Below are positions 20,736 through 31,988 of a DNA stretch of 64,000 bases, in pieces. The stretch is from Gammaproteobacteria bacterium. GTDB taxonomy: Bacteria; Pseudomonadota; Gammaproteobacteria; Eutrophobiales; Eutrophobiaceae. The stretch is taken from contig CAXMWX010000001.1 in NCBI GenBank assembly GCA_963422205.2, positions 224,001-288,000 of the forward strand. Direction: 5' to 3'. How positions within the stretch are numbered: the stretch's first letter is position 1; each line of letters opens with the position of its first letter. A program made the position numbers and the translations under genes. The notes beneath the pieces are model-generated. The model was not told where the DNA came from. It saw only the letters and a program-made list of their open reading frames with translations, and made no database searches.

Positions 20736-22370
20736 TTAATTTCGTCCCGGCGTTCTCTCCAGCACCATGTGTTTGTATGAGCGATGGTCCATGATATTGG
20801 CGGCATAGCCCTTGACATCGGCATGGATCAGCATCTGTCGGGTGTAGGTGTATATCGGGATGATCGGCGCCTCTTGCATTAGTATCGCCTCGGCCTGCTG
20901 GAAATAAGCGAATCGTTGCTGTTGCTCTACCGTATTGGCAGCCGCCTTGATCAAGGCATCATAGTCGGTATTTGACCAGCCGGTGCGGTTGTTGCCATTC
21001 TCACTGGTGAACATGTCCAGAAAGGTATTCGGATCAAGATAATCGCCGATCCAGGCAGCACGGGCGATGTCATAATCGCCGCTGTCGGTGGTATCGAGAT
21101 AGACCTTCCACTCCTGGTTCTCCAGCGTGACCTCAATATTCAATGCCTGTTTCCACATCGCCTGGATGGCAATGGCGATCTTGCGGTGGGCATCGCTGGT
21201 GTTATACAGGATGGTCAGCGGCGGGAAACCCGCACCGTCGGGATACCCTGCCTCAACGAGCAGCTCCTTGGCGGCTGTAATGTCGTATGGCATGGTGGCC
21301 TCGGCGGTGTAACCATTGGTATCTGGCGGGGTGAAGTTATATGCCGGCAACTGCCCGCCACGGGTGATCTGCGCTACGATGCTGCGGCGATCGATGCTCA
21401 TCCCCAGGGCGCGTCTGATACGCTTATCCTCAAGCACGGGTATTCGGGTATTCAAGGCATAGTAATAGGTGCCAAGATAGGGATTGATACGCAATGGGGT
21501 ATGCGTTTTTTTGCGGTAGGTCGGCAGCCTCTCCAGCGGCACGGTGCTGGTGATATGCAGCTGGTTGGCCCGGAACATGTGCTCTTCGGTGGTTTGATTA
21601 TCGATAGGGTAGAAGCGTATCTCCTGAATGGCTACCCGCTCTCTATCCCAGTAGTGTGGGTTTTTTTTAACGATAATGACCCGATTCATCTGCCACTCTG
21701 TTAAGACATAGGCCCCGTTGCCGACATGTCGGCCCGGCCGGGTCCATGCCGTGCCTCTTGCATCTGCCGGCCCGTACTGCCTGATAATGTCAAGCGGCAC
21801 CGGGAAGTAGCTGTAGTGATCCAGCAGTTGCAGAAAATACGGCACAGGCCGTTCCAGTTCCACCAGCAAAGTACGATCATCAACCGCCCTGGCGCCCACC
21901 TGGGTGAAGTCGGTTATCTCGCCGAGGTTAAAGCGCTCGGCATTTTTCAAGGCATACAGATTATAGGCATAGGCATACGCCAAACCCGGGCTGAGTGCCC
22001 GCCGCCAGGAGTCGACAAAGTCCTGGGCGGTGAGCGGCTGGCCGTTTGACCAGCGGGCATCGGCCCGGAGGGTGAAGGTGTAGGTCTTCATGTCTGCGCT
22101 GATCTGCCAGCGGTCGGCCACGGCCGGCTGTATCGACAGATCGACCGGGTCCCGGCTGACCAGCCCCTCATTCAGGGCGATGATGAGATGATGTTCAGAG
22201 ACGCCGGTGACGACATGCGGGTCAAGCTCTTGCGGTTCGGTGCCGTTGCCGACATGCAGCACCTGATCGCGGGTGCCTGATTCCACATTGCTCTCAAAAT
22301 CCAGTGAACAGCTGACCATCGTCAGCAAAAATGCGACAACGGCCAGCCGGGCAGGGGGTTTATTCCTCAT
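20736..22370 (-). CDS. oppA: Peptide ABC substrate-binding lipoprotein (OppA-like)
   Basis: GNGTEPQELDP, ARWSNG.PLTAQDFV.SW, NQEWKVYL, RAAWIGDY; lipobox-like MVSC. Confidence 0.88.
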   Translation of the reverse strand: MRNKPPARLAVVAFLLTMVSCSLDFESNVESGTRDQVLHVGNGTEPQELDPHVVTGVSEHHLIIALNEGLVSRDPVDLSIQPAVADRWQISADMKTYTFTLRADARWSNGQPLTAQDFVDSWRRALSPGLAYAYAYNLYALKNAERFNLGEITDFTQVGARAVDDRTLLVELERPVPYFLQLLDHYSYFPVPLDIIRQYGPADARGTAWTRPGRHVGNGAYVLTEWQMNRVIIVKKNPHYWDRERVAIQEIRFYPIDNQTTEEHMFRANQLHITSTVPLERLPTYRKKTHTPLRINPYLGTYYYALNTRIPVLEDKRIRRALGMSIDRRSIVAQITRGGQLPAYNFTPPDTNGYTAEATMPYDITAAKELLVEAGYPDGAGFPPLTILYNTSDAHRKIAIAIQAMWKQALNIEVTLENQEWKVYLDTTDSGDYDIARAAWIGDYLDPNTFLDMFTSENGNNRTGWSNTDYDALIKAAANTVEQQQRFAYFQQAEAILMQEAPIIPIYTYTRQMLIHADVKGYAANIMDHRSYKHMVLERTPGRN

Positions 22371-22452
22371 AGGTGAGGGCATTGTATTCTGAACTAAACA
22401 TAATTGCTGCAATCGCATATAATCAGGCACGAAGTTGCTCAGTGATAACGCC

Positions 22453-23484
22453 ATGACAACCTATTTTATCCGCCGCCTGTTACTCATCATACCCACTTTT
22501 ATCGGCATCACGATACTGGTATTTGCGATCACCCGTCTGGTGCCGGGGGGGCCTGTCGAGAGAATACTGACGCAGATCCAAATCGCCGGCGGCGAGCAGA
22601 GCAGCCGAGGCGCAGCGGATAATGCCATCGCAGGCAGCACCCTGTCAGCAGCGCAACTGGATCAGTTGCGTGCCTATTACGGCTTTGATAAACCGATCAT
22701 CATCAGCTATCTCACCTGGTTGGGGCAGGTGGTGCAACTCAACCTTGGCACCTCCACCCGTTACAGTGAGCCGGTCTGGCAGACGATCAAAGAGCGCCTG
22801 CCGGTGTCTGTGTTTTACGGTTTCTGGACCTTGCTCATCACCTATGCCGTGTGCCTTCCGCTGGGGATAGTCAAGGCCATAAGACACAACACGGCGATAG
22901 ATAATCTCTCTTCCATCGTGGTGTTTGTCGGTTATGCCATACCCAATTACATTGTTGCGATTATTCTGTTGATCCTGTTTGCCTCTATCTGGGAGATCTT
23001 TCCCCTGGGCGGGTTCATCAGCGATGATTTTGATGATCTGAGTGTTGTCGGCAAGCTGCTGGATCTGGCCTATCATGCCGTCTTGCCGCTGATCGCCTAT
23101 CTGGCCGGCAGCTTTGCTGTCATGACGTTCATGATGAAGAACTCGCTGATGGATAATCTGGCGGCTGATTATGTGCGTACCGCGATGGCCAAGGGGCTGG
23201 CGTTTCACCATGCCGTGTTCAGGCACGCCCTGCGTAACAGCCTGATCCCGATAGCCACCAACCTCGGCCAGACTATCAGCCTGTTCATCACCGGCTCTTT
23301 TCTTATTGAGAAGGTATTTAATATTAATGGGATTGGCCTGTTAGGGTTTGAGTCCCTGGTAGAGAGAGATTATCCCGTGGTCATGGGCATACTGGTCATC
23401 TCGTCCATTCTGTACCTGTTAGGTAATATCCTCTCTGATCTGTGTGTTGCCCTGGTTGACCCGCGTGTTAAGTTTGGTGCCTGA
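22453..23484 (+). CDS. Peptide ABC permease (YejB-like)
   Basis: YFIRRLLLIIPTFIGI, VPGGPVE, YGFDKP, DYVRTAMAKG, RDYPV. Confidence 0.88.
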   Translation: MTTYFIRRLLLIIPTFIGITILVFAITRLVPGGPVERILTQIQIAGGEQSSRGAADNAIAGSTLSAAQLDQLRAYYGFDKPIIISYLTWLGQVVQLNLGTSTRYSEPVWQTIKERLPVSVFYGFWTLLITYAVCLPLGIVKAIRHNTAIDNLSSIVVFVGYAIPNYIVAIILLILFASIWEIFPLGGFISDDFDDLSVVGKLLDLAYHAVLPLIAYLAGSFAVMTFMMKNSLMDNLAADYVRTAMAKGLAFHHAVFRHALRNSLIPIATNLGQTISLFITGSFLIEKVFNINGIGLLGFESLVERDYPVVMGILVISSILYLLGNILSDLCVALVDPRVKFGA

Positions 23485-23515
23485 GCAGGCTGCCCCGGTA
23501 TGATGTAAATCCATA

Positions 23516-24559
23516 ATGCAACTCAATCCGCTAACAAGAAAAAAACTACAGCGCTTTGCCTCCATACGGCGGGGTTATTTCTCGGCAATCATTTTATCTG
23601 TGGTGTTGCTGCTGTCTTTGTTTACCGAGCTACTCGTCAACAGTCGTGCCTTGCTGGTGCATTATGAAGGTGCGTATTATCTCCCTACCTATGGTGCGAT
23701 GATTGCCGGCAAGCATCTGGGGCTGGATTATCATTACGAGACGAACTATCGCGAGTTGAAGCAGTTCTATGCCGAGCAGGGCAGGGGGAACTGGGTGATC
23801 TTGCCGCCCGTGCCTTACAACCCCTATGAGAATGATCTGGTGGATGGTGCTTATCCGCCGTATCCGCCAACGATGGCGAACAAACATTATCTGGGGACTG
23901 ATACAACCGGCCGGGATGTGCTGGCCCGGCTGGTTTACGGCTTCAGGATCGCGATCCTGTTTTCCATGATTCTGCTGTTATGCAATTACCTTATCGGCAT
24001 CACGCTGGGCTGCCTGATGGGCTACTGGGGCGGCTGGTTTGATCTGTTGTTTCAGCGCATTATAGAAGTCTGGTCAAACATTCCTTTTCTGTATGTGATC
24101 ATGATCATCTCCTCCATCATCCTGCCGAACTTCTGGACGCTCATTATCGTGATGGTCTGCTTTGGCTGGATGGGCATGACCTGGTATATGCGAACGGCCA
24201 GCTACAAGGAAAAAGAGCGGGATTATGTCCTGGCTGCCAGGGCGCTGGGCGCATCCACCGGCCGCATTATTTTCCATCATATTCTGCCGAACACGGTGTC
24301 TATTATTGTCACGTTTATTCCTTTCTCCATCGCCGGTGGCATTACTGCCCTGACTGCACTCGACTATCTGGGTTTTGGTCTGCCGCCGCCGACGCCTAGC
24401 TGGGGCGAGTTATTACAACAGGGCACGGCCAATGTACATGCACACTGGATCGTGACCTCCGTGGTGGCCGCCCTGTGCATTTTGCTGATGATGGTCACGT
24501 TTATCGGCGAGGCCATCCGTGAGGCGTTTGATCCAAAAAAATACACGACCTATATCTGA
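23516..24559 (+). CDS. Peptide ABC permease (YejE-like)
   Basis: LNPLTRKKLQRF..IRRGY, GTD..GRDVLARLVYGFR, LDYLGFGLPPPTPSWGELL, GEAIREAFDP. Confidence 0.88.
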   Translation: MQLNPLTRKKLQRFASIRRGYFSAIILSVVLLLSLFTELLVNSRALLVHYEGAYYLPTYGAMIAGKHLGLDYHYETNYRELKQFYAEQGRGNWVILPPVPYNPYENDLVDGAYPPYPPTMANKHYLGTDTTGRDVLARLVYGFRIAILFSMILLLCNYLIGITLGCLMGYWGGWFDLLFQRIIEVWSNIPFLYVIMIISSIILPNFWTLIIVMVCFGWMGMTWYMRTASYKEKERDYVLAARALGASTGRIIFHHILPNTVSIIVTFIPFSIAGGITALTALDYLGFGLPPPTPSWGELLQQGTANVHAHWIVTSVVAALCILLMMVTFIGEAIREAFDPKKYTTYI

Positions 24560-24567
24560 GAGGGACG

Positions 24568-26445
24568 ATGCTGATAATGAAAAAATTGCTTTTACCGGCC
24601 GGTGTTGTTATTGCGGTTTTGCTGTCAAGTGCCTGTGACTCTGACCGGCAGGCAACAGAGCAACAGGCGACCACGGCCACCCAGCAGGTGCTGCCGCCCT
24701 ATCCGATCTCACCCTTGCCGGAGGGGCTGGCATGGGAGACCAACACGGACGATCCGGTGTTTGCTTCGGCTGATGCGGTAACTGGCGGGACGCTGCGCCT
24801 GTTCATGTTGAGCTTTCCGCTGACCTTGCGTACGGTGGGGCCGGATTCAAACGGCAGTTTTCGCAGCAATATTAATGGTAATCAGTTGTCATTAACCACC
24901 TTCCACCCCAACACACTGAATATCATCCCGCAGCTTGCCACGCATTGGGCCTATGGTGATGATGGTAAAACCATATATTACAAGTTGCAGCGGATGGCCA
25001 GATGGTCTGATGGCCGTGCTGTGACTGCCGATGATTATCTGTTCACGCTGGAGTTTATGCGCTCTGAGCATATCATTGCACCGTGGTATAACAATCATTA
25101 CCGCAAGGAAATTGTGGCGGTGAAAAAATACGATGACTATACCATCAGCGTGACCGGGGCAACTGAAAAGCCCAGGGCCGATCTGCATTATTATTATAAT
25201 TTAGTGCCAACCCCCAGGCACTTTCATGTGTTGGATAGGCATTGGGTCACAGCGTACAACTGGCGTATCCAGCCTAACACCGGCCCGTATCAAATCAGTA
25301 AAGTGAACAAGGGCAAGTCCATTGAGTTTGTACGAAAACCCGACTGGTGGGCTGATGAGCTGAAGTATTTTAAGAATCGTTTTAATGTCAGCAAGGTCAG
25401 GTTTACGGTGATACGTGATCTGGAAACGGCATTCAGGCATTTTCTCAAAGGCGAGCTGGACACCTTCAACATGGTTGATCCGAAGTTCTGGCATGAGCGG
25501 AGCAAACACCCGTTATTTAAAGAGGGGTATATCCACCGCATCTGGTTTTATAATGACACACCGCAGCCCTCCTATGGCTTGTTCCTGAATCAGGACAATG
25601 CGCTGCTCGCCGATGCGAATATTCGCTATGCCATCGCCCATGCGATCAACATGGACAAGTTGTTGAATAATGTATTGCGAGGGGATTATTCACGTCTGCA
25701 TAACATCCACACCGGCTATGGTGCGTACACCAATACGGCGATCCGCGCCCGTGGTTTTGATCTGGATAAAGTCGATGCCTACTTACAGCAGGCCGGCTGG
25801 CAGCAGCGTGGTGCAGATGGCATACGGGTGAAGGACGGTGTGCGCCTGTCATTTACCATCACTTACGGTGTGCCGGATCACACCGATCGCCTGATCCTGC
25901 TGAAAGAGGAGGCGAAGAAGGCCGGCATTGAATTGCAACTGGAATTGCTCGACAGCTCGGCGGCATTCAAGAAGATACTGGAGAAGAAACACGACATCGC
26001 CTGGATGGGCTGGAGTACCGGCCTGCGCCCGGCCTACTGGCAGCATTTTCATTCTGATAACGCCCATAAACCCCAGACGAATAATATTACCAACACCGAT
26101 ATCGCCGCGCTGGATACGCTGATTATGACTTACCGGGATGCGGTTGATGAGCCAACGCGCATCCGGCTGGCAAAAGAAATCCAGCAACAGATTCATGAGC
26201 AGGGCATGTATATCCCTACCTATATGGCGCCCTATGCCCGCTCGGCTTACTGGTCATGGATCATCCTGCCGGAATTCTATGGCACGAAATCATCGCTGTC
26301 ATTGTTCAATCCGTTTGATGCCGGTGGCAGTGGTGGCCTGTTCTGGATCGATCAGGCCCGGCGCAAGCGGGCAGAGCAGGCGAGGAGGGACAAGCAGAGC
26401 TTCGCCCCTGTCACCCTCAAAGATGAGACCTATCGGGTTTTTTAA
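24568..26445 (+). CDS. Family 5 extracellular solute-binding lipoprotein (YejA-like)
   Basis: Lipobox LSSAC, FPLTLRTVGPDSN, ARWSDG..VTADD, TGPY. Confidence 0.85.
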   Translation: MLIMKKLLLPAGVVIAVLLSSACDSDRQATEQQATTATQQVLPPYPISPLPEGLAWETNTDDPVFASADAVTGGTLRLFMLSFPLTLRTVGPDSNGSFRSNINGNQLSLTTFHPNTLNIIPQLATHWAYGDDGKTIYYKLQRMARWSDGRAVTADDYLFTLEFMRSEHIIAPWYNNHYRKEIVAVKKYDDYTISVTGATEKPRADLHYYYNLVPTPRHFHVLDRHWVTAYNWRIQPNTGPYQISKVNKGKSIEFVRKPDWWADELKYFKNRFNVSKVRFTVIRDLETAFRHFLKGELDTFNMVDPKFWHERSKHPLFKEGYIHRIWFYNDTPQPSYGLFLNQDNALLADANIRYAIAHAINMDKLLNNVLRGDYSRLHNIHTGYGAYTNTAIRARGFDLDKVDAYLQQAGWQQRGADGIRVKDGVRLSFTITYGVPDHTDRLILLKEEAKKAGIELQLELLDSSAAFKKILEKKHDIAWMGWSTGLRPAYWQHFHSDNAHKPQTNNITNTDIAALDTLIMTYRDAVDEPTRIRLAKEIQQQIHEQGMYIPTYMAPYARSAYWSWIILPEFYGTKSSLSLFNPFDAGGSGGLFWIDQARRKRAEQARRDKQSFAPVTLKDETYRVF

Positions 26446-27431
26446 TGGCCACGGCAGGCACGTCTGTTCTGACCATTGAAGATTTAAGCGTCAGGTTCGC
26501 ATCGGATGAGGGCGACCATGATGTGCTGGATCGGGTGACGCTCACATTACGCCATAACCAGATCCTGGGGCTGGTGGGGGAGTCCGGTTGCGGTAAAAGT
26601 GTGACCGCCCTGTCTGTGTTGCGCCTGTTGCCGCAACCGGCGGGCCGGATTGTCGCCGGCCGTATTTTATTTGACGGGCAGGACCTGCTCACGGCAGCAC
26701 AAGAGGAGCTGTACAAAATTCGCGGCCGACGGATTGCCATGATCTTCCAGGAGCCGATGACGGCGCTCAACCCGGTGCAAAAGATAGGTCGGCAGATCGC
26801 CGAGGTGTATGAGTTGCACTTCCCGTCCATGTCGGCTGATGAGGTGATGACGGCGGTGATTGATATCGTCAATCAAGTCGGTATTCCCTCGGCCGAGCAA
26901 CGCCTGCAGGAATATCCGCACCAGCTATCCGGTGGTATGCGGCAACGGGTCATGATTGCTATGGCCCTGGCGCCCCGGCCAGCTATTTTAATCGCCGATG
27001 AGCCGACTACCGCCCTGGATGTCACCATTCAGGGACAGATCCTGGAGTTGTTGCAAGACCTGCAGGCGAAGTTTGGCATGGCGATCCTGTTTATCACGCA
27101 CGATTTAGGTGTGATTGCCAACCTGTGTGATGAGGTGGTGGTGATGTATGCTGGCCGGGTGGTGGAACACGCCGATACCCGGACATTATTCGCCGCCCCC
27201 AAACATCCGTACACGCAAGGCTTGTTACATGCCGTACCTAGGCTGGATGGCCCGGCAAAATCCAGGCTGGCAACGATTGAGGGGGCTGTGCCTGCCCCGG
27301 GCGAGTTTCCTCAAGGCTGCCGGTTTCAGGAACGCTGTGTGTTGAAGCAACCCGATTGCGAGCAGATCAATCCGCCCTTGCGAGCCGTCTCCGAACAGCA
27401 GCATGTCGCCTGTCTGCATTGGCAGGACTAG
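26445..27431 (+). CDS. Peptide ABC ATPase (OppD/DppD-like)
   Basis: [31 protein letters not shown]-terminal Cys cluster. Confidence 0.92.
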   Translation: MATAGTSVLTIEDLSVRFASDEGDHDVLDRVTLTLRHNQILGLVGESGCGKSVTALSVLRLLPQPAGRIVAGRILFDGQDLLTAAQEELYKIRGRRIAMIFQEPMTALNPVQKIGRQIAEVYELHFPSMSADEVMTAVIDIVNQVGIPSAEQRLQEYPHQLSGGMRQRVMIAMALAPRPAILIADEPTTALDVTIQGQILELLQDLQAKFGMAILFITHDLGVIANLCDEVVVMYAGRVVEHADTRTLFAAPKHPYTQGLLHAVPRLDGPAKSRLATIEGAVPAPGEFPQGCRFQERCVLKQPDCEQINPPLRAVSEQQHVACLHWQD

Positions 27432-28427
27432 ATGAGCCGCCCCCTGCTCCGGGTGCAGAACCTGAAGCAATACTACCCCATCAGAGGCGGGGTGTTATTT
27501 CGCACGGTGGCCGAGGTGCGGGCGGTGGATGATATTTCCTTTGATGTGTATCCCGGCGAGACCCTTGGTCTGGTAGGCGAATCCGGCTGTGGCAAGAGCA
27601 CCATCGCCAGGGCCCTGCTGCGGTTAGACGAACCAACAGCCGGCCGGATTGTGTTTGACGGGGCTGATCTGCTGGCTATGGACAGACACGCACTGCGCGC
27701 CATCCGCCAGCAGATACAGATCATCTTCCAGGACCCGGCCGAATCCCTCAATGCCCGACAGACAGTCGGTGCGATCATACAGGAGCCACTGGTCATTCAT
27801 AATATCGGCACGGAGGCAGTGCAGCGGCGAGAGGTGGCCGAATTGCTAGAGCGGGTGGGCCTGCCGGCCAGCGCCGCTGATCGTTATCCGCATGAGTTCT
27901 CCGGCGGACAGCGGCAGCGTATCGGCATCGCCCGGGCGATTGCCTTAAAGCCCCGCCTGCTTGTCTGTGATGAGCCGGTCTCGGCGCTGGATGTGTCCAT
28001 TCAGTCACAGATCATTAATCTGTTGCTGGAACTACAGCAGGAATTGCAGTTGACGATGGTCTTTATTGCCCATGATCTGTCGGTGGTCAAACACATCTCC
28101 GATCGGCTGGCGGTGATGTATCTCGGCAAGATCGTTGAAATGGGCACCGCCGCTGAGTTATATGCTGCGCCCGTGCATCCGTACACACGTGCATTGATCA
28201 GCGCAATCCCTGTGCCGGATCCGGTGAGGAGAAAGCCATTTGCTCGCTTGGCAGGTGAAGTCCCCTCGCCGATAAGCCCACCCTCCGGTTGCTATTTCCA
28301 TGGTCGTTGCCCGCATGCGGTACAGCAGTGTCAGGTGTTACAGCCAGAGTTGCTGACCATAGCCGGGCAGGGGGAATCCCCTCGGCAGGTCGCCTGCCAT
28401 TTGTCTGAGCAGTTTTTGGTCAACTGA
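27432..28427 (+). CDS. Peptide ABC ATPase (OppF/DppF-like)
   Basis: [34 protein letters not shown]. Confidence 0.92.
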   Translation: MSRPLLRVQNLKQYYPIRGGVLFRTVAEVRAVDDISFDVYPGETLGLVGESGCGKSTIARALLRLDEPTAGRIVFDGADLLAMDRHALRAIRQQIQIIFQDPAESLNARQTVGAIIQEPLVIHNIGTEAVQRREVAELLERVGLPASAADRYPHEFSGGQRQRIGIARAIALKPRLLVCDEPVSALDVSIQSQIINLLLELQQELQLTMVFIAHDLSVVKHISDRLAVMYLGKIVEMGTAAELYAAPVHPYTRALISAIPVPDPVRRKPFARLAGEVPSPISPPSGCYFHGRCPHAVQQCQVLQPELLTIAGQGESPRQVACHLSEQFLVN

Positions 28428-28584
28428 GCGCATACGGCTTCCCAAGGCGATGAGATTTATGTAGATTACCTGCCATGCCCGCCTGCCAGATAACGCCGGT
28501 CGGCGTGTCAGCCGGACAAGCCCTCTGGAGGCTTGCCGTTTGCCTGTAAGAGATAATGCATCATATAATTGAGAGTATCGCCCT

Positions 28585-29895
28585 ATGAGTTATGCCACCG
28601 GCAGGCGTGATGTCTATATTGTTGATGGCAGCCGCAGCCCTTTCCTCAGAGCCACGGGTGTGCCCGGGCCGTTCACTGCCTCGGACCTCGCCGTTCATAC
28701 CGCCCGTTCGTTGCTCGCCCGTCAGCCGTTTGCGGCCAGTGAGATCGATGCCGTTGTGCTGGGCTGCACCATGCCGTCACCGGATGAGGCCAATATCGGC
28801 CGGGTGGTTGCCCTGCGTCTGGGGTGCGGCGATCATGTGCCCGCCTGGACGGTGATGCGTAACTGTGGCTCCGGTATGCAGGCGATTGACAGCGGGTTAG
28901 GTGAGATTGACAGTGGCCGGGCTGATCTCGTGCTGGCGGGCGGCACGGAGGCGATGAGCCATGCCCCCTTGCTGTTCAGTCAGGCGATGGCAACTTTTCT
29001 GGGCAGGTTCCTGACGGCCAGGACCGTGCCGGGGCGGCTGCGATCTCTGCTGACCTTCCGCCCGAGTTCGCTGGCACCGGTCATCGCGCTGCAACGCGGG
29101 CTGACCGATCCGGTAGTGGGACTGAATATGGGGCAGACCGCCGAGCAGATCGCCTGGCGGTTTGGTATCACACGGGAGCAGATGGATGGCTATGCCGTAT
29201 GCAGCCATCAGCGCCTCCTGGCCGCACAGGAGGAAGGTCGTCTGCCGGAGATCGTCAACCTGTACGATGATAAGGGAAATTTTTATGATCATGATGATGG
29301 TGTGCGCAGAGACAGTGCAATGGAGAAGCTGGCGAGGCTGCGTCCGGTGTTTGATCGCCCCTTCGGGCAGGTGACCGCTGGCAACAGTTCGCAGATCACC
29401 GATGGGGCGGCCTGGCTGATCCTGGCCAGTGCCGAGGCGATGAACCGCTATGCGCTGACGCCGCTGGCAAAAATCAGTGACACGCACTGGGGCGCGTTAT
29501 CGCCGGCAGAGATGGGGCTGGGGCCGGTACATGCCATGACACCGATCATGCAGCGACAGCAGCTCAGCATCAGCGAGGTGGATTATTGGGAAGTCAACGA
29601 AGCCTTTGCCGGTCAGGTGCTGGCCTGCCTCGCTGCCTGGCAGGATGAGGCGTATTGTCGTGATCATCTCGGCCTCGAGGCGGCCATGGGTGCCGTGCCA
29701 CAGGATAAACTGAATGTCGATGGGGGGGCGATTGCGCTGGGGCATCCGGTGGGCAGCAGCGGGGCGCGTATTGTCCTGCATCTGTGTCATGTTCTGGCGC
29801 ATAATGAGGCCAGATACGGCATGGCCTCGTTGTGTATTGGTGGGGGTCAGGGTGGGGCGATGTTGCTGGAGAGGGCGGCAACGCCCCAAAATTAA
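28585..29895 (+). CDS. Acetyl-CoA C-acyltransferase (thiolase, FadI-like)
   Basis: RNCGSG, NEAF, GGAIALGHPVG, CIGGGQG. Confidence 0.93.
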   Translation: MSYATGRRDVYIVDGSRSPFLRATGVPGPFTASDLAVHTARSLLARQPFAASEIDAVVLGCTMPSPDEANIGRVVALRLGCGDHVPAWTVMRNCGSGMQAIDSGLGEIDSGRADLVLAGGTEAMSHAPLLFSQAMATFLGRFLTARTVPGRLRSLLTFRPSSLAPVIALQRGLTDPVVGLNMGQTAEQIAWRFGITREQMDGYAVCSHQRLLAAQEEGRLPEIVNLYDDKGNFYDHDDGVRRDSAMEKLARLRPVFDRPFGQVTAGNSSQITDGAAWLILASAEAMNRYALTPLAKISDTHWGALSPAEMGLGPVHAMTPIMQRQQLSISEVDYWEVNEAFAGQVLACLAAWQDEAYCRDHLGLEAAMGAVPQDKLNVDGGAIALGHPVGSSGARIVLHLCHVLAHNEARYGMASLCIGGGQGGAMLLERAATPQN

Positions 29896-29915
29896 ACATC
29901 AATGATGGCGTGACG

Positions 29916-31961
29916 ATGAGCGAGTATATCAACTGGCGGCTGGATACCGATGATCAGAACATCCTCTGGTGTTATATTGATGTGCCTGACCGCTCGCTCA
30001 ATCTGTTATCACTGGCCGTGATTGAAGAGCTGGAGCATATTATCCGCCTGCTGGAGTCAGAACCGCCTGCGGGCTTTATTTTATTATCTGGCAAGGAGAC
30101 GGGTTTTATTGCCGGTGCTGATGTCCATGAATTTACCCGGGTCAGCGGTGTGGATGAGGCGCACGATCATGCCAGGCGGGTGCAGGGCGTGTTTGATCGC
30201 ATCGAAGCCCTGATCTGCCCGACTGTCTGTGCGATCAATGGGGTCTGTCTGGGGGGTGGGTTGGAATTGGCGCTGGCGTTTGATTATCGCCTGGCGCTGG
30301 ATGATGCCAGGACCCGTATCGGCCTGCCGGAGGTCTTGCTGGGGATCCATCCCGGCTTTGGCGGCAGTGTGCGTTTTATCCGTCAGGTTGGCCCGGTGCA
30401 GGGTCTGCAACTGATGCTGGCCGGTAAATCAGTCAATGCCCGTACCGCAAGCCGGCTGGGTCTGGTGGATCACCATGTTCCCCGGCGGCAGTTCAAGGCC
30501 GCAGCAAGGCAGTTAATCGGGCAACAGCCGCCCAGGTCACGGCCCCGGTTTTATCTCCGCCTGCTGAACAAGGCGCCGTTGCGCTGGCTGCTCGCCAGTG
30601 GGGTTCGAAGACAATTACGCAAAAAGATCAGGCAGGCGCATTATCCGGCCCCTTATGCCCTGCTGGGGCTGTGGCAGCAACACGGCGGTGATGAGCGTGC
30701 CATGCTTGCAGCCGAAGCCGATTCGGTGGCTGAGTTGATCAACAGCACAACCTCCCGCAATCTGGTGCGGGTGTTTTTGCTACAGGAACAACTGAAGTCA
30801 GCCGGCAAGGCGCCAGCGCAGACGTTTGATGCGGTGCATGTGATCGGGGCGGGTGTGATGGGCGGTGATATCGCTGCCTGGTGTGCCTGCCAGGGATTGA
30901 ACGTCAGCTTGCAGGATAAGACGCCTGCATTGATTGCCCCGGCTGTACAGCGGGCGGTCCGGCTGTTTCAGCACCGGTTAAAACGACCACGCCAGATCAC
31001 GGCGGCCAGGGATCGGCTGCTGCCGGATGTGGCGGGCAGCGCCGTGGCAAGGGCGGATGTGATCATCGAGGCGATTGTTGAAGATGCTGAGAGTAAGGCA
31101 CAGTTGTTCAGTGAGTTGCTGCCGAAACTCAAAGCGGGGGCGATCCTGGCGACCAATACTTCCAGCATCGGCCTGGACAGGCTTGGCGGCGCGTTGGCTG
31201 ATCCGGGCCGATTGGTGGGCATACATTTTTTTAACCCGGTGGCACAGATGCAGTTGGTTGAAGTGATTTACTCGCCGGCCACCGAAAAACCATGGATCGA
31301 TGCGGCCAGTGCGTTTTGCCGCCGGATTAACCGCCTGCCGTTGCCGGTCAAAAGCTCGCCGGGTTTTCTGATCAACCGCATTCTCTCAGCCTATATGAAT
31401 GAGACCATGATCCTGCTGGAGGAGGGCATACAGGCGGAACTCATTGACAAGGTGGCGGTGGATTTTGGTATGCCCTTAGGGCCGGTGGAACTGGCCGATA
31501 CGGTGGGACTGGATATCTGCCTGTCGGTCAATCAGATTATGGCGGATGAGATGGCGATGCCGATCTCTGATACGCTGTCAGAACGGGTGGCGCAGGGGCA
31601 TACCGGCAAGAAGGCCGGCCGCGGGTTTTATCATTACAAAAAAAACCGGCCGGTCAAACGGCAGATAGCGACTCCAACGCCTGATCTGCAAACCCTGGAA
31701 GACCGTCTGGTCTTGCGGATCTTAAATGCGTGTGCCGCCTGTTTACGTGAACAGCTCGTTGAGACAGCGGACTTGCTCGATGCCGGGATGATCTTCGGTA
31801 CCGGGTTTGCGCCCTTCCGTGGCGGCCCGATGCATTATGCAAAACATCGAGGGATCGCTTCTGTCGTGGCCAGGTTAGAGTCTTTGCAGGCAGAGCATGG
31901 CAGGCGCTTTACCCCTGACAGCTATTGGGATGGCATGGCCGGGTCGCCCGGTACAGGGTAG
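29916..31961 (+). CDS. Enoyl-CoA hydratase / 3-hydroxyacyl-CoA dehydrogenase (FadJ-like)
   Basis: FIAGAD, GGGLE, GLPEV.LG, GAGVMG, TNTSS, HFFNP, PGFLINR. Confidence 0.93.
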   Translation: MSEYINWRLDTDDQNILWCYIDVPDRSLNLLSLAVIEELEHIIRLLESEPPAGFILLSGKETGFIAGADVHEFTRVSGVDEAHDHARRVQGVFDRIEALICPTVCAINGVCLGGGLELALAFDYRLALDDARTRIGLPEVLLGIHPGFGGSVRFIRQVGPVQGLQLMLAGKSVNARTASRLGLVDHHVPRRQFKAAARQLIGQQPPRSRPRFYLRLLNKAPLRWLLASGVRRQLRKKIRQAHYPAPYALLGLWQQHGGDERAMLAAEADSVAELINSTTSRNLVRVFLLQEQLKSAGKAPAQTFDAVHVIGAGVMGGDIAAWCACQGLNVSLQDKTPALIAPAVQRAVRLFQHRLKRPRQITAARDRLLPDVAGSAVARADVIIEAIVEDAESKAQLFSELLPKLKAGAILATNTSSIGLDRLGGALADPGRLVGIHFFNPVAQMQLVEVIYSPATEKPWIDAASAFCRRINRLPLPVKSSPGFLINRILSAYMNETMILLEEGIQAELIDKVAVDFGMPLGPVELADTVGLDICLSVNQIMADEMAMPISDTLSERVAQGHTGKKAGRGFYHYKKNRPVKRQIATPTPDLQTLEDRLVLRILNACAACLREQLVETADLLDAGMIFGTGFAPFRGGPMHYAKHRGIASVVARLESLQAEHGRRFTPDSYWDGMAGSPGTG

Positions 31962-31988
31962 CCCGATACAGATCATCTCAAGACCAAC

